Source: Eggerthellaceae bacterium (GTDB lineage: Bacteria; Actinomycetota; Coriobacteriia; Coriobacteriales; Eggerthellaceae). Taken from it: a DNA stretch of 36,616 nucleotides. The translations under genes were made by a program, and so were the position numbers. Below the pieces are notes generated by a model. The model saw only the letters and a program-made list of their open reading frames with translations, did not search any database and was not told where the DNA came from. Below, piece by piece: positions 8,769 through 17,808 of the stretch. The stretch is taken from the NCBI GenBank assembly GCA_017559045.1, contig JAFYTB010000078.1:1-36616 (forward strand). Direction: 5' to 3'. How positions within the stretch are numbered: position 1 is the stretch's first letter; every line of letters starts with the position of its first letter.

Positions 8769-9777
8769 GAAGAGGGGAGAGTCGGGGCTTTGCCTCGTAC
8801 TTGCCGTCGACAAGCCCAGCGGTATGTCATCTCACGATGTCGTGAATCGTTGCCGCAGGATCTTCGGTGAGCGTCGTGTTGGTCATACGGGTACTCTGGA
8901 TCCTCTTGCATCGGGTGTTCTTCCTATTTGCGTAGGGCCGGCAACGAGACTCGATGCGTATATGACTGGCCACGATAAGCACTACGTTGTTGATGTTGCT
9001 TTTGGCTCAGCGACCGATACGGATGATTCGGAAGGCGAGGTCATCAAGACCGGTTCGATTCCTGCTGAAATCTACGATCTTGAATTTGCAGAGCGCTATG
9101 TCTCTGGTCTTGTTGGCGAGCATCGGCAGATGCCGCCCGTGTACTCCGCAATTAAGGTGAATGGTCAAAAGGCTTGCGATGCAGCTAGGAAGGGCAACAT
9201 CATTGCTCTTGAGCCGCGCGATATCGAGGTTTATTCCGCGAGCTTGAAAGCTGTTGAAGGTGAGTTCGGTTCTGGTGAAGCAGTTTGGCGTATCGCCTTC
9301 CATGTTTCCAAGGGTACCTACATTCGATCCCTTGCACGCGATCTTGGAGTTTCGCTTGGCTGCCCGGCTCACATGAGTGCGTTGAGGCGCAATCAGGCAG
9401 GTGCGATCTCGCTCGAGGATTGCGTTTCGCTTGATACGCTTGAAGAAATCTCTCTTCGTGCCGCTTTGGATCCTGTTCAGCTTTTGGGATACCGCTTTGC
9501 TTACCTTGACGAGGCTGCCTTCAAGGCTGTTTCTTGCGGAAATGCTCTCAAGGCAGAGAGAATTAAGCTTTGCGAGAAGCGCAAGCCTGAATTTTCCAAT
9601 GCGCTTTGCGCATGTTCCTCGGGGGTGAGGGAAAGCTGTGAGCCTCCGGTAGAGGGGGAGCTTGTTTCCCTGATTTTCGACAACAAGCTTGTCTCTTTGT
9701 ACGAATACGATGCATCGGGCGTGTTTAAGTGCAGGTGCAACTTCCAGATAGGGGTTATCCGTGGCGCAGATCTATAG
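8761..9777 (+). CDS. truB: tRNA pseudouridine(55) synthase TruB
   Basis: 338 aa with the catalytic motif GHTGTLDPLASGVL. The ATG overlaps the nrnA stop by 8 nt. Confidence 0.9.
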   Translation: MAKKRGESGLCLVLAVDKPSGMSSHDVVNRCRRIFGERRVGHTGTLDPLASGVLPICVGPATRLDAYMTGHDKHYVVDVAFGSATDTDDSEGEVIKTGSIPAEIYDLEFAERYVSGLVGEHRQMPPVYSAIKVNGQKACDAARKGNIIALEPRDIEVYSASLKAVEGEFGSGEAVWRIAFHVSKGTYIRSLARDLGVSLGCPAHMSALRRNQAGAISLEDCVSLDTLEEISLRAALDPVQLLGYRFAYLDEAAFKAVSCGNALKAERIKLCEKRKPEFSNALCACSSGVRESCEPPVEGELVSLIFDNKLVSLYEYDASGVFKCRCNFQIGVIRGADL

Positions 9778-10681
9778 TGCAGATGAGGCCATTGCGCTTG
9801 GCCTTATACATGGGAGCGCATGTTCTTTTGGCGTGTTTGATGGCGTGCATGAAGGTCACCGATTCATCATCGATTTCGCCCGCAAGGCTGCCGAGGAAGC
9901 TGGTGGCAAGAGCATTGTCATAACCTTCAGCATCGATCCTGACGAGATGTTTAGGGCCGACAGCCTCAAGAAGCTTATGAGCAACGAGGATCGAATCGCT
10001 GAGCTCGCTAAGCTCGATGTCGACGCAATCGTCGTTTTGCCTTTCTCCCGAGAGTTTGCTGCTCAGCCGCCCCATGAGTTCCTCGAGGCCACTTTTGGCG
10101 GCAATGTGCCCTCAAGCCTTCATGTTGGCTATGACTTTAGATTTGGCTGCAAGGCCTCTGGCAATGTTTCCATACTTTCCGACTGGGGTTCCGAGCGAGG
10201 AATGAAGGTGTTCGGTCATGAGCTCCTCGTGAAAGATGGTGCGCCGGTCACCTCGACTCGTATTCGTGGTTTGCTGGGGGAGGGCAAGATCGAAGAGGCA
10301 TGCGAGCTTCTTGGTCATCCCTATGCAGTTTACGGCGCTGTTGAAGCTGGTCGAGGCGAGGGTCGCGACATGGGCTTTAAGACTGCTAACATTCATGTTC
10401 CCGACATGATGAAGGTTCTTGGCGATGGCGTATACGCTGCTTACGCTACGGTGGATGGCAAGCGCTACAAGGCTGCGGTTTCCGTCGGCGTAGCACCTTC
10501 TTTTGAGGAGGCGAGAGCCAACACGGAGGCCCATATTCTTGATTTTGATGGCGATATCTACGGTTCCGTCATCAAGCTTGAGTTCACTAACTGGCTTCGT
10601 CCGATGATGAAGTTCCCTAGCCTCGAGGTTCTCATTGAGACTGTGATGGGGAATATCGATTGGGTTAGAAGGAATCTCTAG
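9761..10681 (+). CDS. ribF: Bifunctional riboflavin kinase / FMN adenylyltransferase
   Basis: 306 aa with GVFDGVHEGH (nucleotidyltransferase) and a C-terminal riboflavin kinase segment (GRGEGRDMGFKTANI, E.HILDFDGDIYG). The GTG start overlaps truB by 17 nt. Confidence 0.9.
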   Translation: MAQIYSADEAIALGLIHGSACSFGVFDGVHEGHRFIIDFARKAAEEAGGKSIVITFSIDPDEMFRADSLKKLMSNEDRIAELAKLDVDAIVVLPFSREFAAQPPHEFLEATFGGNVPSSLHVGYDFRFGCKASGNVSILSDWGSERGMKVFGHELLVKDGAPVTSTRIRGLLGEGKIEEACELLGHPYAVYGAVEAGRGEGRDMGFKTANIHVPDMMKVLGDGVYAAYATVDGKRYKAAVSVGVAPSFEEARANTEAHILDFDGDIYGSVIKLEFTNWLRPMMKFPSLEVLIETVMGNIDWVRRNL

Positions 10682-10800
10682 TTGAATCCTTGTGTTTAAG
10701 TTGATGGTCGCACCGTTTGTAGATGCCATTAACCTGTTAGATACACTATCTGTGGATTTTTCTTCATATTTCCTACAACTCTTATACAATTAGGCAGTTA

Positions 10801-10836
10801 CTGTCTTCCGGCTGTTAATGCCCAGTTGGAAGACAG
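10801..10836 (+). promoter_or_regulatory. Stable hairpin in the pyrophosphatase 5' leader
   Basis: Perfect 9-bp stem ctgtcttcc (10801-10809) / ggaagacag (10828-10836) with an 18-nt loop. There is no T-tract after it. It ends about 40 nt upstream of the start codon. Confidence 0.3.
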
Positions 10837-10875
10837 CAACACGATAGATTTATTGGAAGTTCAAGGAGGATTGAC

Positions 10876-12990
10876 GTGTCTGTTACCGTCGCTTGGCTTG
10901 CTCCCATTTGCGCTGCTATCGGCATCGCTATGGCGGGCTACCTCGGCTCCTGGGTCCTGAAGCAGGAGCCGGGTCCGGACAAGATGAACAGCATCTCTCT
11001 CAAGATCCAGCAGGGCGCGAAGGCCTTCCTGCTGGCTGAGTACAAGCTGCTCATCATCTTCATGGCTGTCGTTGCCATCATCATGGCCGTGGCCCTTTCG
11101 CCCATCACCGCTCTCGCATTCATCACTGGTGGCGTGCTCTCCGCAGCTGCTGGTTATGTGGGCATGCATGTGGCAACTCGCGCAAACACTCGTACCGCTT
11201 ATGCTGCTACCGAGTCTGTCGCTAAGGCACTCAATGTCAGCTTCAAGTCTGGTCTCACCATGGGTCTTTGCGTTGCTTCCTTCGCTCTCATGGGTCTTTC
11301 CCTTTGGCTCATCCTGCTCGTCTTCGGTGTTGACACCTACGAGCTCATGCACGAGCACATCGGCATGGTTGAGGGCTTCGCAACCGGCGCATCCGCAGTT
11401 GCACTCTTCGCTCGTGTTGGCGGCAGTATCTACACCAAGGCTGCTGACGTGGGTGCTGACCTCGTCGGTAAGGTTGAGGCTGGTATTCCCGAGGACGACC
11501 CGCGTAACCCTGCTACCATCGCTGACAATGTTGGCGACAACGTCGGCGACGTTGCTGGCATGGGCGCTGACCTCTTCGAGTCCTACACTGGCGCAATCCT
11601 TGCTCCGACCATCCTTGCTGTCACCTTCGCTTCTCTCGGTGGCTACTTCTCCGAGGGCGATGTCATCTGGGCTATCTGCGTTCCGGTTATCATCGCTGCT
11701 TGCGGCATCATCACCTCCATTATCGGTCTGTTCGCAGTCCGCACCAAGGAAGGTGCTGACCTTCACAAGGCTCTTAATGCTGGTACCTACCTGGCAGCTG
11801 GCATCGAGATCTGCATCATCTTTGCAATCTTCTTCCTCTGGAGCCAGAACACCGAAGTTGCTCAGCCGCTGTTCCTCTTTGGTTCCGTTATCTGCGGCCT
11901 GGTAGCTGGCCTCGCTATCGGTAAGATCACCGAGTACTTCTGCTCCGACCACAACAAGCCGGTTCACAAGATTGCTGAGTCTGCTGAGACTGGTCCTGCA
12001 ACCGTCATCATCGAGGGTATCGGCACTGGTATGCTGTCCACCATTGCTCCGATCTGCCTCGTTGCTCTCGCTATCATCGGCGCTTACACCTTCGGCAACC
12101 TCGCATTCCCGAATGCTGACGCTGCTGGTGGCATCGCTGTTGGCCTCTTCGGCGTTGGTCTTGCTGCTACCGGTATGCTTTCCAACACCGCTATCACCAT
12201 TGGCGTTGACGCTTATGGTCCTGTTGCTGACAACGCTGGCGGCATCGCTGAGATGTCCGGCCTGCCCGAGGAGGTTCGTGAGCGTACCGACTCCCTCGAC
12301 GCAGTTGGCAACACCACCGCTGCTATTGCTAAGGGCTTTGCAATTTCTTCCGCTGGCCTCGCCGCAATCTCCCTCTTCGTTTCCTATCAGGCAACCATGC
12401 ATCATGCACTGCCCGAGTTCGAGCTCTCCCTCACCGATCCGATGATCGTTGCAGGTATCTTCATCGGCGCTATGATGCCCTTCATGTTCGCAGCTCTTAC
12501 CATGGGTGCTGTTTCCCGCGCTGCTCATGCAATGGTTGAAGAGGTTCGTCGTCAGTTCCGCGAGATCAAGGGCATCATGGAGTACGAGGCTGAGCCTGAG
12601 TACGACAAGTGTGTTGCTATCTCCACCAGCTCCGCTCTTAAGGAAATGATGACTCCTGGTATCCTCGCCATCATCGTTCCGGTTGCTATCGGCTGCTTCA
12701 ACCCCGCTATGCTCGGCGGCTTCCTCGCTGGCGCAGTTTCCACCGGTATGCTTCTCGCTATCTTCATGTCCAACGCAGGTGGCGCATGGGATAACGCTAA
12801 GAAGTACATCGAGCAGGGCTACCATGGCGGCAAGGGCTCTGAGGCTCACAAGGCTGCTGTCGTTGGCGACACCGTCGGTGACCCCTTCAAGGACACCTCT
12901 GGTCCTTCCATGAACATTCTCATCAATCTGATGACCATCGTCTCGCTGACCTTCAGCCCGCTGTTCATCGCGATTCAGTGCATGTTCTAA
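10876..12990 (+). CDS. hppA: Membrane-integral cation-translocating pyrophosphatase (K+-dependent subtype by signature)
   Basis: 704-aa polytopic protein with GGIYTKAADVGADLVGKVE, DNVGDNVGD and GNTTAAIAKGFAI motifs. The GTG start lies 7 nt after aaggagg. Confidence 0.93.
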   Translation: MSVTVAWLAPICAAIGIAMAGYLGSWVLKQEPGPDKMNSISLKIQQGAKAFLLAEYKLLIIFMAVVAIIMAVALSPITALAFITGGVLSAAAGYVGMHVATRANTRTAYAATESVAKALNVSFKSGLTMGLCVASFALMGLSLWLILLVFGVDTYELMHEHIGMVEGFATGASAVALFARVGGSIYTKAADVGADLVGKVEAGIPEDDPRNPATIADNVGDNVGDVAGMGADLFESYTGAILAPTILAVTFASLGGYFSEGDVIWAICVPVIIAACGIITSIIGLFAVRTKEGADLHKALNAGTYLAAGIEICIIFAIFFLWSQNTEVAQPLFLFGSVICGLVAGLAIGKITEYFCSDHNKPVHKIAESAETGPATVIIEGIGTGMLSTIAPICLVALAIIGAYTFGNLAFPNADAAGGIAVGLFGVGLAATGMLSNTAITIGVDAYGPVADNAGGIAEMSGLPEEVRERTDSLDAVGNTTAAIAKGFAISSAGLAAISLFVSYQATMHHALPEFELSLTDPMIVAGIFIGAMMPFMFAALTMGAVSRAAHAMVEEVRRQFREIKGIMEYEAEPEYDKCVAISTSSALKEMMTPGILAIIVPVAIGCFNPAMLGGFLAGAVSTGMLLAIFMSNAGGAWDNAKKYIEQGYHGGKGSEAHKAAVVGDTVGDPFKDTSGPSMNILINLMTIVSLTFSPLFIAIQCMF

Positions 12991-13030
12991 TTTGCTGTAA
13001 TCCGCTTTTTGCATACAGCTAGGCATTGTG

Positions 13031-13064
13031 AACGGCCGCTCCTTTTGGGGCGGCCGTTTTGCGT
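13031..13064 (+). terminator. Rho-independent terminator after the pyrophosphatase gene
   Basis: 12-bp stem aacggccgctcc (13031-13042) / ggggcggccgtt (13047-13058) with one G-U pair, tttt loop and a T-rich tail. Confidence 0.75.
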
Positions 13065-13301
13065 TTTGCCATGAGCCTGCGTGGTGATTAGGTTGAAAAC
13101 CGAGCTAATCTTTTGATGCTTGAGTCTGATGGCGTTTATTACGACTCAAGTAATAGACTCGCATATGAGCAGGTCAGAGGCTTGTGTGACAAAATAATCA
13201 GTTTGCGTGATAGACGAAATACCTGTTTTGCGGCAATATTTTCCGCATCGTGATTGAAAAAGTCGCCGCATAGGGCGGCGCGAAAGAATAGGGGTACTTC
13301 C

Positions 13302-13583
13302 ATGAAGATTCTTGGTCTCGGCGTTCCGGAGCTTGTGATCATCCTGATCGTTGTTCTTCTCATTTTTGGCCCGAAGAACCTTCCCAAACTCGGCAATGCA
13401 ATTGGTAAGGGCATCAAGGGACTCCGTGATGGCATGGAGAAGAACATGCCCGAAGACGAAGTTGAGGAAGAGGAGGTTGTCGAGAAGAAGCCGGTCGCTA
13501 AGCTTGAGAGCGTGGAGACCGTCGAAGAGGCAACCGAGTCTGCTCCTAAGAAGAAGGTCGTCAAGAAGGTTGTTAAGAAGTAG
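13302..13583 (+). CDS. tatA: Twin-arginine translocase subunit TatA/E
   Basis: The N-terminus MKILGLGVPELVIILIVVLLIFGPKNLPKLG is a TatA TM helix plus FG hinge plus amphipathic helix. The tail is acidic and Lys-rich. I prefer the ATG at 13302 over the upstream TTG at 13254. Confidence 0.85.
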   Translation: MKILGLGVPELVIILIVVLLIFGPKNLPKLGNAIGKGIKGLRDGMEKNMPEDEVEEEEVVEKKPVAKLESVETVEEATESAPKKKVVKKVVKK

Positions 13584-13630
13584 CTTCTCTTCTTCGCTCA
13601 CCTTACCTAAACAGTTATTCCTTCCCTCTA

Positions 13631-13668
13631 AACCAGGCGTCCGCTCAGTCGGGCGCCTGGTTGCTTTC
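13631..13668 (+). terminator. Probable terminator after tatA
   Basis: 13-bp stem aaccaggcgtccg (13631-13643) / cgggcgcctggtt (13650-13662) with one G-U pair. The tail gctttcgg is only a weak T-tract. Confidence 0.55.
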
Positions 13669-13731
13669 GGCTAAAATACTTAGACGCAACATTTAGCTAG
13701 ATGTTTGGGATGAACTTGGGAGGTGCTCATC

Positions 13732-15168
13732 ATGCAAGTTGCTGATCGCGACATTCGCAAGGCGTGGGCATCTATTGGTGGCTTTGCGTGCAATCAGGGC
13801 TTCCTCTTCGCTGTCCTGTATTTAGGCTCTGGGCAGTCTTTGACGTTGGGAAGCGGCTCGATAGTTCGTATTGAGTTGGTCGGTCTTCTTGTTTGCATGT
13901 GCTTGGCGCTCATTGCAATTTGTCGTGCTTCTGAAAAGGTTCGCAATATCGCGCTCTCGACTCGATTTCTCTGGGGCTATGCCGCATTGCTTCTGATCTG
14001 CTCTGTTGTTCCGGATCTTGTACCAGGTGCTTTCATACTGCCGTTAACGTTCAAGTCTATTTTCGTTGGCATTCCTCTAGCATTCCTGATATGTGCGTGG
14101 GGTCGAGCGCTGGGTGCTATGCCTATCGAGCGAGCTGTGCCTACAGTGTTTATAGCCACTGCCGCTGCCGCTGCTGTGTGTCTTTTGGTGGTTTCCCTGC
14201 CCGTTGATTGGGCGTACTTGATTCTGTATCTCTTGCCTTTGGGGTCGGCTTCCTTTCTACGCGAGGTATCTCGAGAGGCCGACTTGCATTCCTCGACTCC
14301 CGTCTCCGCTTCTTCTGGCGACGAGTCCGGAGAGCGCATATCGGGAAAGGTGATTCTTGGCACGGTTTGCTACGGACTAGCAACTGGTCTTATGGAAACC
14401 CTTGTCACCACGTCAACCGTTCGGGTTTCGATGGGCTTTACTGTCACTTTTTTCCTTTTGGTTGCTTTTTGTCTTTCGAGCTTGCAGCTCTTTCGAGGCG
14501 TGAAAATCGCTCGCGTTCGCGAGTTCTTCGGAGATGTGAGCGCAGGTCCGCTTGATAGCGTGTACCGTTTGGCTTTCATGGTGATGCTGGCTGGATTCTT
14601 GTTTGTTCCTGCGTTGAACTCGTTTGGCATGCTCGGCGAATCGGTGGTCTTAGCCGGTTACCTTAGCATGCTGACTGTTCTCATGTCTGTGTTTGTTATT
14701 GTCTCTCGACTTCGTGGACATGATGCTGTTTTGTTCTTCGCAAAGGGCTTCGCCGCTTTGTTTGCCGGAGAGCTTCTCGGTCTTGTTGCAGGAAATGCAT
14801 GTCGATATATTCCTGTCGCAAGCGAGTCTTTAATTGCGATAGCTATAGCGGGTTTGGTAGTCCTGTATTCGTATTTGTTTCTCTTTACCGATCGCGATGT
14901 TCGTGAGCTCACGGTGGTTGTTGCTGAAGCAGATTTCTTTGAAGAGGCATGTCTTCGTATTGTCGAAACCTTTGGCCTCTCGAAACGCGAAGCCGAGATC
15001 CTGCCTTTAGCGCTACGTGGACGCACGGGTGAGCGTATCGGGCAAGAGCTATTCATTAGCAAAAACACGGTTGATACGCACCTGCGTCGTATATACGGCA
15101 AATGCAATGTAGGTTCTCGTCAAGAATTGATTGACCTTGGAGAAAAGATTCAGGAGGAGATGCGATGA
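13732..15168 (+). CDS. Membrane-embedded LuxR-family transcriptional regulator (polytopic N-terminal domain plus C-terminal HTH)
   Basis: About 400 aa of repeated hydrophobic helices, then the LuxR/GerE HTH ([45 protein letters not shown]). I prefer the ATG at 13732, 9 nt after gggagg, over the GTG at 13723. Confidence 0.78.
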   Translation: MQVADRDIRKAWASIGGFACNQGFLFAVLYLGSGQSLTLGSGSIVRIELVGLLVCMCLALIAICRASEKVRNIALSTRFLWGYAALLLICSVVPDLVPGAFILPLTFKSIFVGIPLAFLICAWGRALGAMPIERAVPTVFIATAAAAAVCLLVVSLPVDWAYLILYLLPLGSASFLREVSREADLHSSTPVSASSGDESGERISGKVILGTVCYGLATGLMETLVTTSTVRVSMGFTVTFFLLVAFCLSSLQLFRGVKIARVREFFGDVSAGPLDSVYRLAFMVMLAGFLFVPALNSFGMLGESVVLAGYLSMLTVLMSVFVIVSRLRGHDAVLFFAKGFAALFAGELLGLVAGNACRYIPVASESLIAIAIAGLVVLYSYLFLFTDRDVRELTVVVAEADFFEEACLRIVETFGLSKREAEILPLALRGRTGERIGQELFISKNTVDTHLRRIYGKCNVGSRQELIDLGEKIQEEMR

Positions 15169-15653
15169 GCAATTTATCTTCGGTGATCATCTACTCTGAC
15201 GGATCTTCTCGTGGTAATCCTGGACCTGGTGGCTATGGAAGCGTGCTTCACTTCAGGGATTCCTCTGGGCAACTGCATGTAAAGGAGCTGTCGGGGGGTT
15301 ACGCGAATACCACCAATAACCGTATGGAGCTTATGGGCGTCATTGCCGCTCTCGAGGCTTTGAAGAGACCTTGCAATATCAAGGTAGTATCTGACTCGCA
15401 GTATGTCGTAAATGCATTCAACCAAGATTGGATCTCTGGTTGGCTTAAGCGTGGGTGGAAAAACGCTCAAAAGCAGCCCGTTAAGAACGTTGACCTTTGG
15501 CAGCGTTTGCTTTCTGCTGCTGAACCGCATCAGATCACCTGGGTTTGGGTTAAGGGCCATGCGGGTCATCCGGAGAATGAACGCTGCGACGAGTTGGCAA
15601 CCGCTGCTGCGGATGGTAGTAATTTGCAGATCGACAAGGGCTTCGAAGCGTAA
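15165..15653 (+). CDS. rnhA: Ribonuclease HI
   Basis: 162 aa with [22 protein letters not shown] and [17 protein letters not shown]. The start forms an ATGA overlap with the LuxR stop codon. Confidence 0.9.
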   Translation: MSNLSSVIIYSDGSSRGNPGPGGYGSVLHFRDSSGQLHVKELSGGYANTTNNRMELMGVIAALEALKRPCNIKVVSDSQYVVNAFNQDWISGWLKRGWKNAQKQPVKNVDLWQRLLSAAEPHQITWVWVKGHAGHPENERCDELATAAADGSNLQIDKGFEA

Positions 15654-15690
15654 GTCAGCGGTATCGAACGTTGCCTAATTTCGATTGGCA

Positions 15691-16923
15691 TTAACCTTGC
15701 TTTGAATAGCCTCTAAGCTGAATTGCGCTCATGCGCTCGGGGAAGAAGCGTTTGTGCAGCTCGACAAAATAGGTATCTGTCATAGAGGCAAGATAGTCGA
15801 CCACTATTTGGTTGGGATCTTCCTGCAGATACTCTTCTTCGCTAATACTGCGAGATATTTCGATAAGCTTTTTGATGTGGTGGCGGAAAACGGGGGATTC
15901 CCTGCGTTCGTTTAAAAGATCATCGAGAATCTTTTCGTAGAGCTCCTCGAACATTTCCTCAACGATGTTGTGAGCTCCTCCGACCATGCCTTCTTTCGAG
16001 TAAATATACTCGTAGTTTTGGCGCTTCGCCTTTCGAAGATCCTGAAATACCTCGGGGCTCATCGCGATACGATCGCTTCGATAACTGTTGTTAACGATAT
16101 CAACAGTGAGGTTATTAATTATGCGAGAGTTATCTCGGCCGATGATCTCGCTATCAAAAATATCAAGCGAATCGATAGCGCCCATCTCAAGAGCGTCATG
16201 GCGGTCTTTTCCGAGGTAGGCGATCATATCGCTGACACGTACAACGCATCCCTCTAGGGTCGAGGGACGCAAGCTGGAAATGATTTGCTCATCGACGCAG
16301 CACTCTTCGACGCGTTGGTCGAGGTCCTCAAAGCTTTCGATATTTCCGAGCTTTAGTACTTGCTGTTCGAACTCTCCGTTGTGGCAGAGTACGCCGTCGA
16401 GAGTCTGTAAGGAAATGTTTCTGCGGTATAGCTGATCCAGTACGCGTACTGAGTGGACGTTGTGGTTAAAGTAACGGCCGGTTCGTCTGTTGTAGCAATC
16501 GGAAAGAAACTTTTCGCCCGCATGGCCAAACGGCGTATGCCCGAGGTCATGGCCAAGAGCAATCGCCTCGATGAGGTCGCAATTGAGGCCGAGCAGTGAG
16601 CCAATGCCGCGTGCGATGCGGCTAACCAGCTGAACATGAAGTCCGCGTCTTGTGATGTCGTCATTTCGAACGAAGGAAAACACCTGCGTTTTATCGGTAT
16701 AACGAGAGTACGCAGGAATGTTGATGATCTTCTCGATATCGCGCGAGAAAGCGGGGCGCGTGAGGGTTGCCACGTCGTGCTGTTTGAACTCTCGTCGCGT
16801 TACGTTTGCGTCGTCGAATTTCAGCGGATTAACCCAACCGGTAGATCTGTCTTCGCGAATAGTCCTTTCAACTTCGGGTCGAAGTTCGAGGTAGGGGATT
16901 TCGCTGTTGAAGGAACGCTTCAT
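15691..16923 (-). CDS. dgt: dGTPase-like HD-domain deoxynucleoside triphosphate triphosphohydrolase
   Basis: The only supported minus-strand gene. HD motif region HVQLVSRIARGIG..ALGHDLGHTPFGHAGE. I prefer the ATG (MKRSF) at 16923. The open frame extends to a GTG at 16953. Confidence 0.8.
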   Translation of the reverse strand: MKRSFNSEIPYLELRPEVERTIREDRSTGWVNPLKFDDANVTRREFKQHDVATLTRPAFSRDIEKIINIPAYSRYTDKTQVFSFVRNDDITRRGLHVQLVSRIARGIGSLLGLNCDLIEAIALGHDLGHTPFGHAGEKFLSDCYNRRTGRYFNHNVHSVRVLDQLYRRNISLQTLDGVLCHNGEFEQQVLKLGNIESFEDLDQRVEECCVDEQIISSLRPSTLEGCVVRVSDMIAYLGKDRHDALEMGAIDSLDIFDSEIIGRDNSRIINNLTVDIVNNSYRSDRIAMSPEVFQDLRKAKRQNYEYIYSKEGMVGGAHNIVEEMFEELYEKILDDLLNERRESPVFRHHIKKLIEISRSISEEEYLQEDPNQIVVDYLASMTDTYFVELHKRFFPERMSAIQLRGYSKQG

Positions 16924-16981
16924 CGACACGCTGCTTTCCAAAAGGGATCTCACGGATAGTCATTATAGTATTTCGCAGATA

Positions 16982-17803
16982 ATGAAGCCTGCTCAACCGC
17001 CTTCTTGGCAGTTCGCAATGAATGGTCATTTCATGCGCTGTCTTTCGGTGGTGTCTGCTGATTTCGCGAGTGGTATGATGGTCGAGCTAGCTTTTGAAAG
17101 GCCAATATCCTTGGGGTTCACCATATTTGCATGCATTGTCGTAGCCGCTGCTCTTGCCGGTTTTCTTTTTACTAAGAACGGTGAGCTCGCCGGCCTTGGC
17201 CGCGTTACCAAACGCGGTGGTTTTCGTGCGCCTCATGGTCGTCTTATTCGTACGAAAAGGCTTGACCAAACTGAAGAGACTTCGTTTGGTTCCCGATTCG
17301 TCATTCTGTTTGCGTTTGTTCTTGTGGCGACAGTTGTTCTCTGTGGCCTCCATCTGATTGGTCTGCTTTCATCGGGTGTATTCGTCACGATCCATTTTGC
17401 TGTGTGCGTTGCCTTGTGCTTCGGTGTTGCACATTCTGATTCCGGGGTGTGGCGACCTTTTGCGTATGCCCTCTTTGGATATCTTCTCTTTGCTGCCATC
17501 CCTTCTTTGCTTTGGGCGCTCTCTCTGTTTGGCTTCTCTTCTCTTGACGTTGAGAGCGTGAATTTGGTTACCGCTGTATTCGGTGCGCTAGGTTGCGCGC
17601 TCTCGGTCGCATATCTTCCCGCGGTCTTTTCTTATGCACGTGAGTTCGAAGATGGCTATGTGAATGCAATTCAGGTCTCTTCGCGATCCGTCGCCCGCAA
17701 AGCTTACGATGCGCTTATTGACAATTCCTGGCGTCCGCCCGCGGATCGTATCGAGCACTTTCGTGCTGTGGAGGATATCCGTTCGTTCATGGAGAAGAGG
17801 TGA
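16982..17803 (+). CDS. Hypothetical polytopic membrane protein upstream of dnaG
   Basis: The open frame runs 16907..17803. It has about five hydrophobic helices and no motif I recognise. The stop TGA (17801-17803) lies 5 nt before the dnaG ATG. The start is uncertain; ATG 16982 was chosen to avoid overlap with the divergent dgt. Confidence 0.5.
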   Translation: MKPAQPPSWQFAMNGHFMRCLSVVSADFASGMMVELAFERPISLGFTIFACIVVAAALAGFLFTKNGELAGLGRVTKRGGFRAPHGRLIRTKRLDQTEETSFGSRFVILFAFVLVATVVLCGLHLIGLLSSGVFVTIHFAVCVALCFGVAHSDSGVWRPFAYALFGYLLFAAIPSLLWALSLFGFSSLDVESVNLVTAVFGALGCALSVAYLPAVFSYAREFEDGYVNAIQVSSRSVARKAYDALIDNSWRPPADRIEHFRAVEDIRSFMEKR

Positions 17804-17808
17804 TACGT

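Noticed and set aside
13119-13150. The hairpin cttgagtc/gactcaag and other small stems in the 240-nt spacer upstream of tatA, as a possible sRNA or riboswitch.
   Set aside because: The region has no T-tract, no resemblance to any riboswitch or sRNA class I recognise, and no second copy elsewhere in the window. The evidence is insufficient.
15691-16953. The dGTPase-like HD protein as a nucleotide-depletion anti-phage defence gene.
   Set aside because: Its adjacency to dnaG is the conserved housekeeping context for dgt in actinobacteria. No other defence-island hallmarks (mobile-element genes, restriction or abortive-infection neighbours, composition anomaly) surround it.
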